From Candidatus Hydrogenedentota bacterium (GTDB lineage: Bacteria; Hydrogenedentota; Hydrogenedentia; Hydrogenedentales; SLHB01), in NCBI GenBank assembly GCA_045863335.1, contig BTVY01000013.1:1-64000 (forward strand): a stretch of 64,000 nucleotides of DNA, in the 5' to 3' direction. The translations under genes were made by a program, and so were the position numbers. Positions within the stretch are counted from its first letter, which is position 1; each line of letters opens with the position of its first letter. The notes beneath the pieces are model-generated. The model did not search any database. It was not told the DNA's origin and saw nothing but the letters and a program-made list of their open reading frames with translations. Shown piece by piece: positions 37,301-45,711 of the stretch.

Positions 37301-38459
37301 CGATGAGCTTGCATTGGAGCGCCGGGTCAGCCAATCCCAGAAATTGGAAGCTGTGGGCACACTTGCGGGCGGTATCGCTCACGATTTCAATAATATTCTC
37401 GGCGCCATTCTCGGTTATGGTCAGCTCATCGCGGAAGCGGTTCCTCCAGGCAGTGAAACGCACGATGATATTACTAATCTGCTCGAAGCGGCGCACCGCG
37501 CCACAGAACTCGTCCGGCAGATCCTCGCGTTCAGCCGCCGGTCGGAGGAAGACCTCCAGGTAATCGAGATCGGTCTCATCGCGAAAGAGGCCCTAAAACT
37601 GTTACGGCCTTCGCTGCCCGCCACCATTGAAATCCGGGCGGACATCGACGTTACCGGGACGACCGTACTCGCCGATCCCACGCAAATCCATCAGGTGCTT
37701 ATGAACTTGTGCACCAATTCCTACCACTCCATGCGCGAGAAAGGCGGCACCTTGACGGTGAGCTTGAAGCCCTTTGGCGTCGATGCCGCCATCGCCGGAT
37801 CGAACCCGGATCTCCGCCAAGGCGACTACGTCCGCCTCACCGTGGCCGACACGGGCCATGGAATCTCTCCGGAGAATCTGGAGCGTGTGCTGGAGCCCTT
37901 CTTCACGACGAAGGAACAAGGAGAGGGCACCGGCCTCGGACTTTCCACGGTACACGGCGTCGTCAAGTCCCACGGCGGAGCGCTCACGATCTACAGCGAG
38001 GTCGGTGCCGGCACCACGGTCCACGTCTATTTGCCACAGGCCACTCACAAGCGGCAGGCAGAGGCAGAGACCATTCAAGACGTTCCGTCGGGTCATGAGC
38101 GAATTTTGTTGCTCGACGACGAAGCGGCGCTGGTACGGATTCTCGAACGGGGGCTCCGGAAGCTTGGCTATGCCATCACCTCAGAAACGAATCCAGTCGA
38201 TGCGCTGGCGCTGTTCAAATCCGACCCCAACGCGTTCGATATCGTCATCTCTGATCTAACGATGCCCAAGATGACAGGCATGGAATTCGCCGCGGAAATT
38301 CGCACGATACGACCTGACCTGCCCGTCGTCATCGCCAGCGGCCATGCCGACGACTCCTTGCGGGAGCGGATAGCCGGCATCGGTGTTTCGTACTTTCTCG
38401 CCAAGCCGATTCGGGTTCCGGAGGTCGCGCGCCTGATTCGCTCCATCCTCGGCGGTTAG
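34383..38459 (+). CDS. Cytoplasmic multi-PAS/GAF hybrid sensor histidine kinase with receiver domain (CckA-type)
   Basis: Several PAS/PAC (GLWDWD, DGSYRWI, YVNPAFERITGY), GAF; AGGIAHDFNNIL, FFTTKEQGEGTGLGL; REC LLDDE..SDLTMP..KP. Confidence 0.95.
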   Translation: MADRHEGREPGRGNPLNECLGHAQSSHGSDDRDAELPAFERGELRAADAPSTQDESLHDAVLQSAREGIVVLSPQLRIESVNPPAAALLQIDPAPTPDQRDRILLSRYLHLNGSPMPDDKLPFHRALKTGKPGGMVRFVAEFPDGNRASLSASAFPVEDDTGQVRHIIVSLEDIAAREESRADVKRINRALRIVTSCNQALVRATDETELLRAICDSIEREGGFPLVWVGFAENDARKTIRPVSWAGRESGYIAGVDITWNDESTGCGPVGKAVRFAKPFVIQNITTAAESARWRGRAAEHNLKSLAALPLIVDNRAAGVLAIYSTQADAFREAEIRVLEQLAADLSYGIGALRAREHQRETQAKLTDTAEQLKLAVAASNTGLWDWDLRTNAVYYSAEWKRQLGYEFHEIDHCYEEWETRIHCDDVKRITTNLAEFLADPSRGYEDEFRLRHKDGSYRWILSRASLYNDERGNPARVIGTHIDVTERKHAEERLRHTQELLAETGRLAHIGGWEFNPRTGKGVWTDEVARIHEIDPEIEVTAELGLSFYHGESRARIEEAIRQAVESATPYDLILEMTTAKGNRRWVRTVGRPVVQDGKVVSLRGYFQDVTEVTQSRDEITRLAHFPSQNPYPVLRVDEGGNVLYANPAAQTMLPSWDCRPGVAVPDDIASIASRALAEDRILNTEFESDNRTFLVAFTPIARDRAVHIYCFDISARKTAEQSLTRSERRLAEAMDLANAAEWEFDLSAGAFTFNDRFYALYGTTAEQEGGYRMSAEDYASRFLYPEDAHLVADEVARAMAESDANAAWQLEHRIRTRDGRKRFIVVRITTIKNAQGDTISTHGVNQDITERRLAEDERARLAIALEQAAEAVVVTNARGEITYVNPAFERITGYSRDEAHGQNPRILKSGEQDDEFYDELWETLGRGKVWSGKLKNRRKDGNLYDAEMTVSPVLDESGSITSYVAIQRDVTDELALERRVSQSQKLEAVGTLAGGIAHDFNNILGAILGYGQLIAEAVPPGSETHDDITNLLEAAHRATELVRQILAFSRRSEEDLQVIEIGLIAKEALKLLRPSLPATIEIRADIDVTGTTVLADPTQIHQVLMNLCTNSYHSMREKGGTLTVSLKPFGVDAAIAGSNPDLRQGDYVRLTVADTGHGISPENLERVLEPFFTTKEQGEGTGLGLSTVHGVVKSHGGALTIYSEVGAGTTVHVYLPQATHKRQAEAETIQDVPSGHERILLLDDEAALVRILERGLRKLGYAITSETNPVDALALFKSDPNAFDIVISDLTMPKMTGMEFAAEIRTIRPDLPVVIASGHADDSLRERIAGIGVSYFLAKPIRVPEVARLIRSILGG

Positions 38460-38668
38460 TAAGGGTTTGCCGGGTATCTGGGTTAGCATCCAACGCTTCC
38501 GCACGTAATCGCGCCGGTTGCCGCCCGGCATGAAGCACCGCGCACGGTGGCCAATCATCCCGCAAAACAGTTACAGTACACGGAGAGGAACTTCGCGCAC
38601 TTCGTGTGCACACCGGCCGCAGCGCCCCGGCGCGAACGGGGCGAAGCATAACCTCCGGGTACAACGTC

Positions 38669-41125
38669 ATGGCGATCCCCGCGCCCATCCGCGCCCCCGC
38701 GCTTCATGTTGCCATCTTCGCCACCAGCGGCGTGGGCATTGCCTATCAGGTCGTGCTGATGCGCGTGTTTACCATCGGCCAATGGCACCACTTCGCGTAC
38801 ATGGTCATCAGTATCGCGATGCTGGGATTTGGTCTCAGCGGCACCTTGCTCGCCTTGAGCAAGGAATGGTTGCGCGGACGCGAGACGGGGCTACTATGCT
38901 GGAGCACGCTGCTGCTCGCGGTTTCGTTGGTCGCGTGTTATGCCCTAAGCCAGCGCATTCCCTTTGAAACGCTCCAACTCGTCGCGTTGCAGGGGCAGTG
39001 GCTCAACCTCGTCGCCCTGTATGTGCTGCTGACCCTGCCATTCTCCTTCGTCTCCACCTGCATCATGTGCGGGTTCATGCTCGCGCCCGGCGCCGTGGGG
39101 CGGCTCTACTTCGTCAACATGTTCGGTTCCGGACTTGGCGCACTGGCCGTTATCGTCCTTTTACGCTACCTCCACCCGGCCACGTTGCCCTATGGATTCG
39201 CGGTCGTGGTTGCCCTCGTGTTCTCCCTCCTCGTGTGGCGTCGACGTTTTGGCGTTGTACTTGGGATCAGTGCGTCCGCAGTGTCGCTCATGCCAATCCT
39301 CACGGGCTGGATGCAACCGATTCGCATCTCCGAGTACAAGGGGCTGTCCTACGCGCTCCAACTGCCCGACGCGGAGATCGTTGCAGAAGCCGTGAGCCCC
39401 ATGTCCCTTATCACCGCCGTCTCGTCAAAGCAGATTCGCGAAACGCCCGGCCAGATCTCCAACTACCCCATGGACGATCTGGGGGCCTTGCCCGAGCAGA
39501 TAGGTTTGTACTTCGATGCGGGCGCCGTGTCGCCGATCAACCGCTTTGAGGGCGGCCTCGACTCCGTCACGTATCTGGATTACGTCACGTCGGCCGTGGC
39601 CTATCGCGTCACTCCCGAGAATCCTCGCGTAGCCGTGATCGGGTCTGGAGGCGGCACGGATGTCCTCGGCGCTCTTGCCCATGGCGCGGCCCACGTGACG
39701 GCCGTCGAAGTCGATCCCGCGGTCTTCGACATGGTGCATGGACCGCTTGCCAAGTTCTCGGGGGAACTCTACAGTCGCGACGACGTTTCCCCTGTCATCG
39801 CGGAGGGCCGCGGATTTCTCCAATCCCGCGCCGAACAGCTCGACCTTATCATGCTGCCCGTGCAAGGCTCCTTCCTTGCGTCAACTGCGGGCGCGCACGC
39901 GGTGAGCGAAAGCTACCTCTACACCGCCGAAGCCCTGAGCATCTACATCGACCGCCTTACACCCGGCGGCGTCCTCTCCATGACCTGCTGGCTCGACACG
40001 CCGCCGCGCACCGCACTCAAACTCTTTGCCACGGCCGTTGACGCGTGCCGCCGGTCCGGCATCGAGCATCCGGAGAATCATCTTGTATTCATCCGCACCT
40101 GGAATGTGGCCACCGTGCTGGTCTCGCGCGCGCCGTTAGACGAAGGCGCGATCGTGGCCGTTCGCGAGTTCTGCGATGCACGCTGGTTCGACCTCTGCCA
40201 CTTGCCGGGCTTGCGTGAAGAAGAAGCGAATCACTTTGTCCTCCTCGAACAGCCCACGTACTACCGCTTTGCCCAGGAGGTCCTGTTCGGCGACCCGGAG
40301 CGGGCCTATCGCGAGAGCATGTTCTACGTGCGCCCGGCGACGGACGACCGCCCCTACTTCTCCCGCTTCGTGCAGTGGCGCACGCTGCCGGGCTTACTGC
40401 GTCAGTTCGGCGCGAATTGGCTGCCCTATATGGAATGGGGGTACCTCGCCCTCGTGGCCACGCTGGTGCAGGGAATCGCCGTCAGTGCGATCCTGATCCT
40501 CGCGCCGCTCGTGTTGTTTGCGCGCAAGAAGACCAGCCCCAAGGCCAAGCGCTGGGTGCTCGTCTATTTCGCCGCCCTCGGTTTCGCGTTTATGTTCCTC
40601 GAGATCGCGTTCATTCAGCGCTTCATGTTGTTTCTCGCCTATCCCATGTACTCGGTCACCGTCGTATTGACCGCGTTCCTGGTCTTCTCCGGACTCGGCA
40701 GCCTCTACGCCCATCGCGCCATGCAACACGGCCGCAATCCAATCGTCCCCAGCGTCGCGGCGATCGCTTTTCTATCGCTGGTGTATTTGCTCCTATTGGG
40801 CAGCCTTTTCGCCTTTGGATCGGGGTGGCCGGACGCCGGGAAGATAGGGAGCAGCATCATGCTCCTTGCGCCGATAGCATTCGCCATGGGCATCCCGTTC
40901 CCCTTGGGACTCCAATACGTATCCACCCACCACGAACCGCTCCTGCCCTGGGCCTGGGGCATCAACGGTTGCGCATCCGTGGTCGGCGCGCTCTCGGCGA
41001 GCCTGTGCGCGGTGCATCTCGGATTTCGCGCCGTCGTGCTGATCGCAGTTGCTGCATACGCGGTTGCGGCAATGGCTTATGCGAGAATGATGCTAATCAA
41101 GCCGACGAATGGCTCTCTCAATTGA
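38669..41125 (+). CDS. Polytopic membrane protein with central spermidine-synthase-like SAM-binding domain
   Basis: ISIAMLGFG N-terminal TMs; VIGSGGGTD, AVEVDP, ESYLYT.EA, PATDDRPYF; WAWGINGCASV. Confidence 0.85.
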   Translation: MAIPAPIRAPALHVAIFATSGVGIAYQVVLMRVFTIGQWHHFAYMVISIAMLGFGLSGTLLALSKEWLRGRETGLLCWSTLLLAVSLVACYALSQRIPFETLQLVALQGQWLNLVALYVLLTLPFSFVSTCIMCGFMLAPGAVGRLYFVNMFGSGLGALAVIVLLRYLHPATLPYGFAVVVALVFSLLVWRRRFGVVLGISASAVSLMPILTGWMQPIRISEYKGLSYALQLPDAEIVAEAVSPMSLITAVSSKQIRETPGQISNYPMDDLGALPEQIGLYFDAGAVSPINRFEGGLDSVTYLDYVTSAVAYRVTPENPRVAVIGSGGGTDVLGALAHGAAHVTAVEVDPAVFDMVHGPLAKFSGELYSRDDVSPVIAEGRGFLQSRAEQLDLIMLPVQGSFLASTAGAHAVSESYLYTAEALSIYIDRLTPGGVLSMTCWLDTPPRTALKLFATAVDACRRSGIEHPENHLVFIRTWNVATVLVSRAPLDEGAIVAVREFCDARWFDLCHLPGLREEEANHFVLLEQPTYYRFAQEVLFGDPERAYRESMFYVRPATDDRPYFSRFVQWRTLPGLLRQFGANWLPYMEWGYLALVATLVQGIAVSAILILAPLVLFARKKTSPKAKRWVLVYFAALGFAFMFLEIAFIQRFMLFLAYPMYSVTVVLTAFLVFSGLGSLYAHRAMQHGRNPIVPSVAAIAFLSLVYLLLLGSLFAFGSGWPDAGKIGSSIMLLAPIAFAMGIPFPLGLQYVSTHHEPLLPWAWGINGCASVVGALSASLCAVHLGFRAVVLIAVAAYAVAAMAYARMMLIKPTNGSLN

Positions 41126-41158
41126 CATCAAGACATCATTTATGCTATGTTTTGATGT
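41122..41158 (+). promoter_or_regulatory. vapBC promoter/operator
   Basis: TTGACA-18 bp-(TGn)TATGTT; GACATCA direct repeat x2 and inverted TGATGT just before the ATG. Confidence 0.7.
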
Positions 41159-41404
41159 ATGCGAACGACCTTGACACTCGATGATGATGTGGCTGTGGAA
41201 TTGGAGCGCCGGAAGGCCGCGGATAAACGCTCGATGAAGGCAGTAGTAAACGACGCGCTGCGACTCGGGCTCCAGGCTATGGCCTCTCCGCCCCGGACAG
41301 AAGAACCCTTCCGTACAAGAGTTCTGTCGACCCGATGCCGCCTTCCCAACATCGACAACATCGCCGAAGTGCTCGCCATCGCGGAAGGCGAGAATCACAA
41401 GTGA
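41159..41404 (+). CDS. vapB: VapB-type RHH antitoxin
   Basis: MRTTLTLDDDV..VVNDALRLGL; stop overlaps the toxin start (GTGA). Confidence 0.88.
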   Translation: MRTTLTLDDDVAVELERRKAADKRSMKAVVNDALRLGLQAMASPPRTEEPFRTRVLSTRCRLPNIDNIAEVLAIAEGENHK

Positions 41405-41835
41405 TCCTTGTCGATGTCAATCTACTGCTCTACGCGAGCGTCGGTTCTTTCGGCCACGATCATGAGGTGGCCCACCGTTGGCTTGACGGTCGCCTCAATG
41501 GCCCGAACCGAGTCGGGATGCCATGGGAGAGTTTGCTCGGCTTCGTTCGGCTGGTAACAAATCCGCGAGTTTTTGATCCGGCGGAGACCATGGCCAGCGC
41601 CTGGGGGCAAGTTCAGGGTTGGATAGCGCGCGATAACGTTTGGATTCCGCAGCCCACATCGCGACATGCCGAGGTGCTGGGCACCTTGCTCGGCACTCAT
41701 GGAATCTGCGCGAAGCTGGTGCCCGACGCGCACCTCGCTGCGCTGGCCATCGAGCACGGCCTCACCTTGTGCACAACCGACGGCGACTTCGCGCGTTTTC
41801 CCAATCTCCGATGGGAGAATCCGTTAGTTCCATAG
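41401..41835 (+). CDS. vapC: VapC PIN-domain toxin
   Basis: MILVDVNLLLYA, DAHLAALAIEHG, TTDGDFARF, WENPL. Confidence 0.93.
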   Translation: MILVDVNLLLYASVGSFGHDHEVAHRWLDGRLNGPNRVGMPWESLLGFVRLVTNPRVFDPAETMASAWGQVQGWIARDNVWIPQPTSRHAEVLGTLLGTHGICAKLVPDAHLAALAIEHGLTLCTTDGDFARFPNLRWENPLVP

Positions 41836-41892
41836 CGGACGGACGTAACCGTACGAACCAAGCGGACGCGTCACTGACTGGCCCCATCCTCA

Positions 41893-44364
41893 CTACTCAG
41901 GGAGTATGATCGCCCGGAGAAATCCGTCTTCTGAACCGAAGATGCACACCTCTTGATCTCCGGTGGATGCCGCGACAACGAGGGGAGTCCCAGTGATGGC
42001 GGCGGCAGCCCGTTCGTCTCGCCAGCGTTCGGTGCCGGACCCATTGAGACACACGAGGGCGCCGTGGCGAGTGGGCGCGAGAATCCTCGCACCGGTACCG
42101 GCGCCGCTAACGGCAGGCGTCCCGCTAAGTTCCAACGGAATCTCCCAGAGAGTCTCCAGCGCCGCTGACAAGCAGTACAGCCGTTCGTCAGTGGCGATCA
42201 GGATCTCCTGGCCGGGGTTCTCCAGCAGTTCCCCGCAAGCGACCCCGATCGCGGGTTCGGATGCGACCGCTTTCTCATGCAACACGGAACCTGCTGCCGC
42301 ATCGACCACGGCGACGGTTCCATTGACCAACCCCACAACGACGTTCCACTGCCAATCGCCGTTTAGATCGGCAATCAGCATGGGACAGGCGGAGTCTCCC
42401 GACCCCTCCAGCACATGCCACAACTCGTTCCCTGCACCATCCAGTGCAAGAAGCCCGTCGGCGAGCGCGAGGCACTCATCCCTCCCGTCGTTATCGAGAT
42501 CTTCGACCTCGACATCCCTGACCGGAGCATCCGTCAATTTCGACCACATGGGACTCCCGTTGGAAAGAAATGCGCTGACAACCCCCTTGTCCGATCCCGC
42601 TACCACTTCCTCACCGGGGGCGATGTGAAGATTCCCCGTCCGGACCGTGCGCGCCCCGCCGGGCAGCGACGCCTGCCACAGTGCCGACCCCATCGCGTCC
42701 AAGATTACAACCCCTGACGCCGCAGGAAACGCGATGTAGGGCTGACCCGACGCCAAGCGGCCTCCGGCAACGCGTTTGCTTCCGGAGCCGGTCACCGTGC
42801 TGCGCCAGAGGAATTCTCCGGAACCACCCCAGGCACTCACCTCGCCCGCGGAAGCGCAAATCAGCGCTGCGGTCGAATTACCGTTCACGTCGGCCAACGT
42901 CAGCCCCGAGTCTCCCGAAATCCTCACCGGCACCTGCCAGAGTAAGTGCGGCGGGATCGTTACTGGAAAGGTGCGTTCGACTGGCGGTCCGCCGGGACTC
43001 GTGAGCACCAATTTCACCGGTACCGTTTCCCCGGGATTTGCCCTGCCTTGAAGCCTTCCCACGGCGGCTAACGTCTCCCCGGGGCCCACGTCGACCACTT
43101 GGGTGCGAGGCAGAAGCGCAAACCGGTCCGGGCACACCGTTTCCAAGGTACCGGTAAAACTCAGGCCGGTACGGTTCGCCCAACCGAAACGAACCGGAAT
43201 CGAACCGGCCGGGCTCACCGCCGCGGTGTCGGCGTCCATCGAGAACCCCGCCGGAACTGCCCAGGCGCGCACGGGGAGTCCCTTGACCATGATGGGATCG
43301 CTGGACGTGGCCAACTCGACCTTGCCGTTTTCGGCATGAACTTCTGTCGATTGGTGCGTGCGGAGGTTTATCACCGTCGCTTCCGGCGTATGGACTTCGA
43401 GGGGAATCGGCTTCGGAATGCCAGAAGGAAAGACAATTGCCGCGCCGTCCGCCCCTCGAAGGATTTGTGCGTGGGTGGCTGCGACCTGTATTCCGCCTGC
43501 CCGCTCCAGCCCATCCAAGTGCTCGAGCATGGCCGCGAGTCCCGCCTTGGCGGGAGCGTCCCCCATGGCACCTTCTTGACCGCGTTGGGCCAGCACCTGT
43601 GGCCCCACGAATACGTACGAATCTGCGGACAGGATTCCGGACAGCAGTGTCGCACTGGACACCGGTGAGTTCGGCAGCGCGATTTGTACGCCACTGTCAA
43701 AGCCTCGGGAATCGCCGCCTGCGGCCTGCCGGAATTGCCGCACAAGCCGTTGAATGCGCGCGGCACGGGAGCGAGCGTCGTCAGATCCGTTACGGCAGGG
43801 AAGTGCAAGATGCAACAGGGACGGTTCGGCGGCACCGTCACACACGCCGGCTAACAGCTCCGCGACTCGCCCATCATCGCGATCCCGGCCGGGCAACTGA
43901 AACACGAGCGTGCCCGCAGGGTGCTCCGATTGCACGGCTTCCACGATTGAACGGCCGCGCGTTCTTAAGTCTGAAACTGCGTTCTGGGATTCGTGGGAAT
44001 GGGGCGTGCCGATCGCGACATCGTAAATCTGGCTCAGGTCGATGACAAGCCCGACCAACTTCATCGATTGAGCTGCCGTGGAAGCCGTCTGGAGCACACC
44101 GATCCCGAGGGCGTCCACCCGAAGAAAGTTGCGTGTGATACCCGCCTCGTGAAGGATGGACGCCGCGGCCTCAACCTCCGCGAGGGGCCGGTGGAGCACG
44201 GCTCCGCGAATTCCCTGTGAATGCCACTCTGCGGCCGCGCCGGCAGTGACCAATTCTACACCGGATATCCGTAGAATCGGTGTGGGCAAGACTTCGGGAG
44301 ACAATACTTCCGCTTGCCCCGCAGTTCCAAGGCACACCTGAACGACGAGGATGATGAGGGACAT
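41893..44364 (-). CDS. Secreted protein with NEW3-like Ig domain and C-terminal FG-GAP/PQQ-like beta-propeller
   Basis: ADVNGN, DLDNDGRDE, ADLNGD repeats, G..LW blades, GSEDGFLRA end; start uncertain (44364 or 44421). Confidence 0.7.
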   Translation of the reverse strand: MSLIILVVQVCLGTAGQAEVLSPEVLPTPILRISGVELVTAGAAAEWHSQGIRGAVLHRPLAEVEAAASILHEAGITRNFLRVDALGIGVLQTASTAAQSMKLVGLVIDLSQIYDVAIGTPHSHESQNAVSDLRTRGRSIVEAVQSEHPAGTLVFQLPGRDRDDGRVAELLAGVCDGAAEPSLLHLALPCRNGSDDARSRAARIQRLVRQFRQAAGGDSRGFDSGVQIALPNSPVSSATLLSGILSADSYVFVGPQVLAQRGQEGAMGDAPAKAGLAAMLEHLDGLERAGGIQVAATHAQILRGADGAAIVFPSGIPKPIPLEVHTPEATVINLRTHQSTEVHAENGKVELATSSDPIMVKGLPVRAWAVPAGFSMDADTAAVSPAGSIPVRFGWANRTGLSFTGTLETVCPDRFALLPRTQVVDVGPGETLAAVGRLQGRANPGETVPVKLVLTSPGGPPVERTFPVTIPPHLLWQVPVRISGDSGLTLADVNGNSTAALICASAGEVSAWGGSGEFLWRSTVTGSGSKRVAGGRLASGQPYIAFPAASGVVILDAMGSALWQASLPGGARTVRTGNLHIAPGEEVVAGSDKGVVSAFLSNGSPMWSKLTDAPVRDVEVEDLDNDGRDECLALADGLLALDGAGNELWHVLEGSGDSACPMLIADLNGDWQWNVVVGLVNGTVAVVDAAAGSVLHEKAVASEPAIGVACGELLENPGQEILIATDERLYCLSAALETLWEIPLELSGTPAVSGAGTGARILAPTRHGALVCLNGSGTERWRDERAAAAITGTPLVVAASTGDQEVCIFGSEDGFLRAIILPE

Positions 44365-44480
44365 AGCGAACCTGAATCGGTGGCTGGACACGCTGACTCT
44401 TGTGTTCCATGAACCGCGCACACCTTACGCGGCCAATCGGTCCAGGCAGCCTACTGCCCCTACGGCGGGAATTTCAACCG

Positions 44481-44708
44481 CTAGTCTGGGCGCGTTACGT
44501 TGACGGCCTGCAACCCCTTCGGGCTTTCCAGCAATTCGAACTGAACTTCCTCTCCTTCGCGAAGGGTGCGGAATCCGTCCATCTGGATCGCCGAATGGTG
44601 CACAAACACGTCAGGGCTGTCATCACGGGTGATAAACCCGTAGCCCTTCTGGTCGTTGAACCACTTCACCTTGCCACGCAACGCCGACTGAGTTACTCCA
44701 TTTGCCAC
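44481..44708 (-). CDS. Cold-shock protein (CspA family)
   Basis: [31 protein letters not shown]; GTG start after GGAGAGG. Confidence 0.95.
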   Translation of the reverse strand: MANGVTQSALRGKVKWFNDQKGYGFITRDDSPDVFVHHSAIQMDGFRTLREGEEVQFELLESPKGLQAVNVTRPD

Positions 44709-44805
44709 TGCTATACCCTCTCCCACATCACGTGCCGCGCCCGAACCTGCGGATATCGGCACACCTACTACATCGTCACCAGTTCCTCCCCGCCCTGCAT
44801 TCTCT

Positions 44806-44834
44806 AGAATATCGGGCATTGGGGAATCTGTCAA
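44806..44834 (-). promoter_or_regulatory. Sigma70 promoter of the csp gene (~90-nt 5' UTR)
   Basis: TTGACA-17 bp-TATTCT on the minus strand. Confidence 0.7.
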
Positions 44835-44962
44835 TAGCTTAGGGCTTCAATAATGATTACCACTTGAGTAATGAATCAGGCAACGCTTCTGGCTGGCATC
44901 CGGAATTCCCGGGGTTCTGCCGCCCAATGGAGGGGAGGACCCGTCCCTACAAAGGAACGCGG

Positions 44963-44991
44963 TTGACACGCCCCCCCAAGGCGCTTAGAAT
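44963..44991 (+). promoter_or_regulatory. Sigma70 promoter of smg
   Basis: TTGACA-17 bp-TAGAAT. Confidence 0.75.
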
Positions 44992-45047
44992 ACACGTGGC
45001 ACGGTAGTTTACGCGCCTGATTCGGGGAATGGTTGCAGGAGTTCTGG

Positions 45048-45506
45048 ATGAAGCAATCGCTGACGAAGCTGGTAGACGTCATTCTGAAACATATCGAGGA
45101 ACAGCCGGAGGCGAAGCCCACGGAAAGTGGTATTCGCTCGTGGCTGGCCGGTCAAGGATATAAGAAGCGTGATATCGACGCCGTCATCAAGCTGGTTGGA
45201 CGGCGCATCGCACAACGTCCGCAAGTTACGGACGCCTCCCCGCGCACAGTCCGCATGTACTCCATGCTCGAAGAATACAAACTGACCCCGGAAGCCAGGA
45301 ACGCGTTGATCCGCTTGGAATTATACGGGTTGATCGATCCCATGGAACGGGAGATGATCCTGGATCGTCTGAACCATTTTGATGGCGAAATCGGCTTGGA
45401 TGAGTTGGATTATTTGATTTCCTGGCTGGTTTGCGGCGGCCGCGATTTCGAGTCGCAACAGACCATTTACGGAGTCATGGAAGGCGAGCAGGAAGTCTTC
45501 CACTAG
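45048..45506 (+). CDS. smg: Smg / DUF494 family protein
   Basis: R.YS..E..KL..EAR..L..LE..G.I....RE.I.DR pattern, terminal FH; directly upstream of topA. Confidence 0.8.
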   Translation: MKQSLTKLVDVILKHIEEQPEAKPTESGIRSWLAGQGYKKRDIDAVIKLVGRRIAQRPQVTDASPRTVRMYSMLEEYKLTPEARNALIRLELYGLIDPMEREMILDRLNHFDGEIGLDELDYLISWLVCGGRDFESQQTIYGVMEGEQEVFH

Positions 45507-45526
45507 CGGACTTTATCGCAACGTCC

Positions 45527-45565
45527 CGGACGCCTGTCCCTTCGGGGATCGGCGTCCGCTGTTTT
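45527..45565 (+). terminator. Hairpin / probable intrinsic terminator after smg
   Basis: CGGACGCC..TCCC-TTCG-GGGA..GGCGTCCG then CTGTTTT. Confidence 0.55.
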
Positions 45566-45711
45566 GAGCGCATCCCCATTCTGAGCGCCGGGATTGCCAG
45601 CGCCCGCCCAAGCACGCTATAGTCCCCGTCCACGGGGTGGCAAAATCCAAATACCGAATAGAGGGTGCCGTTGCGAATGTTCTACGATCGATCAAAGAGG
45701 GATTGCGCGCA

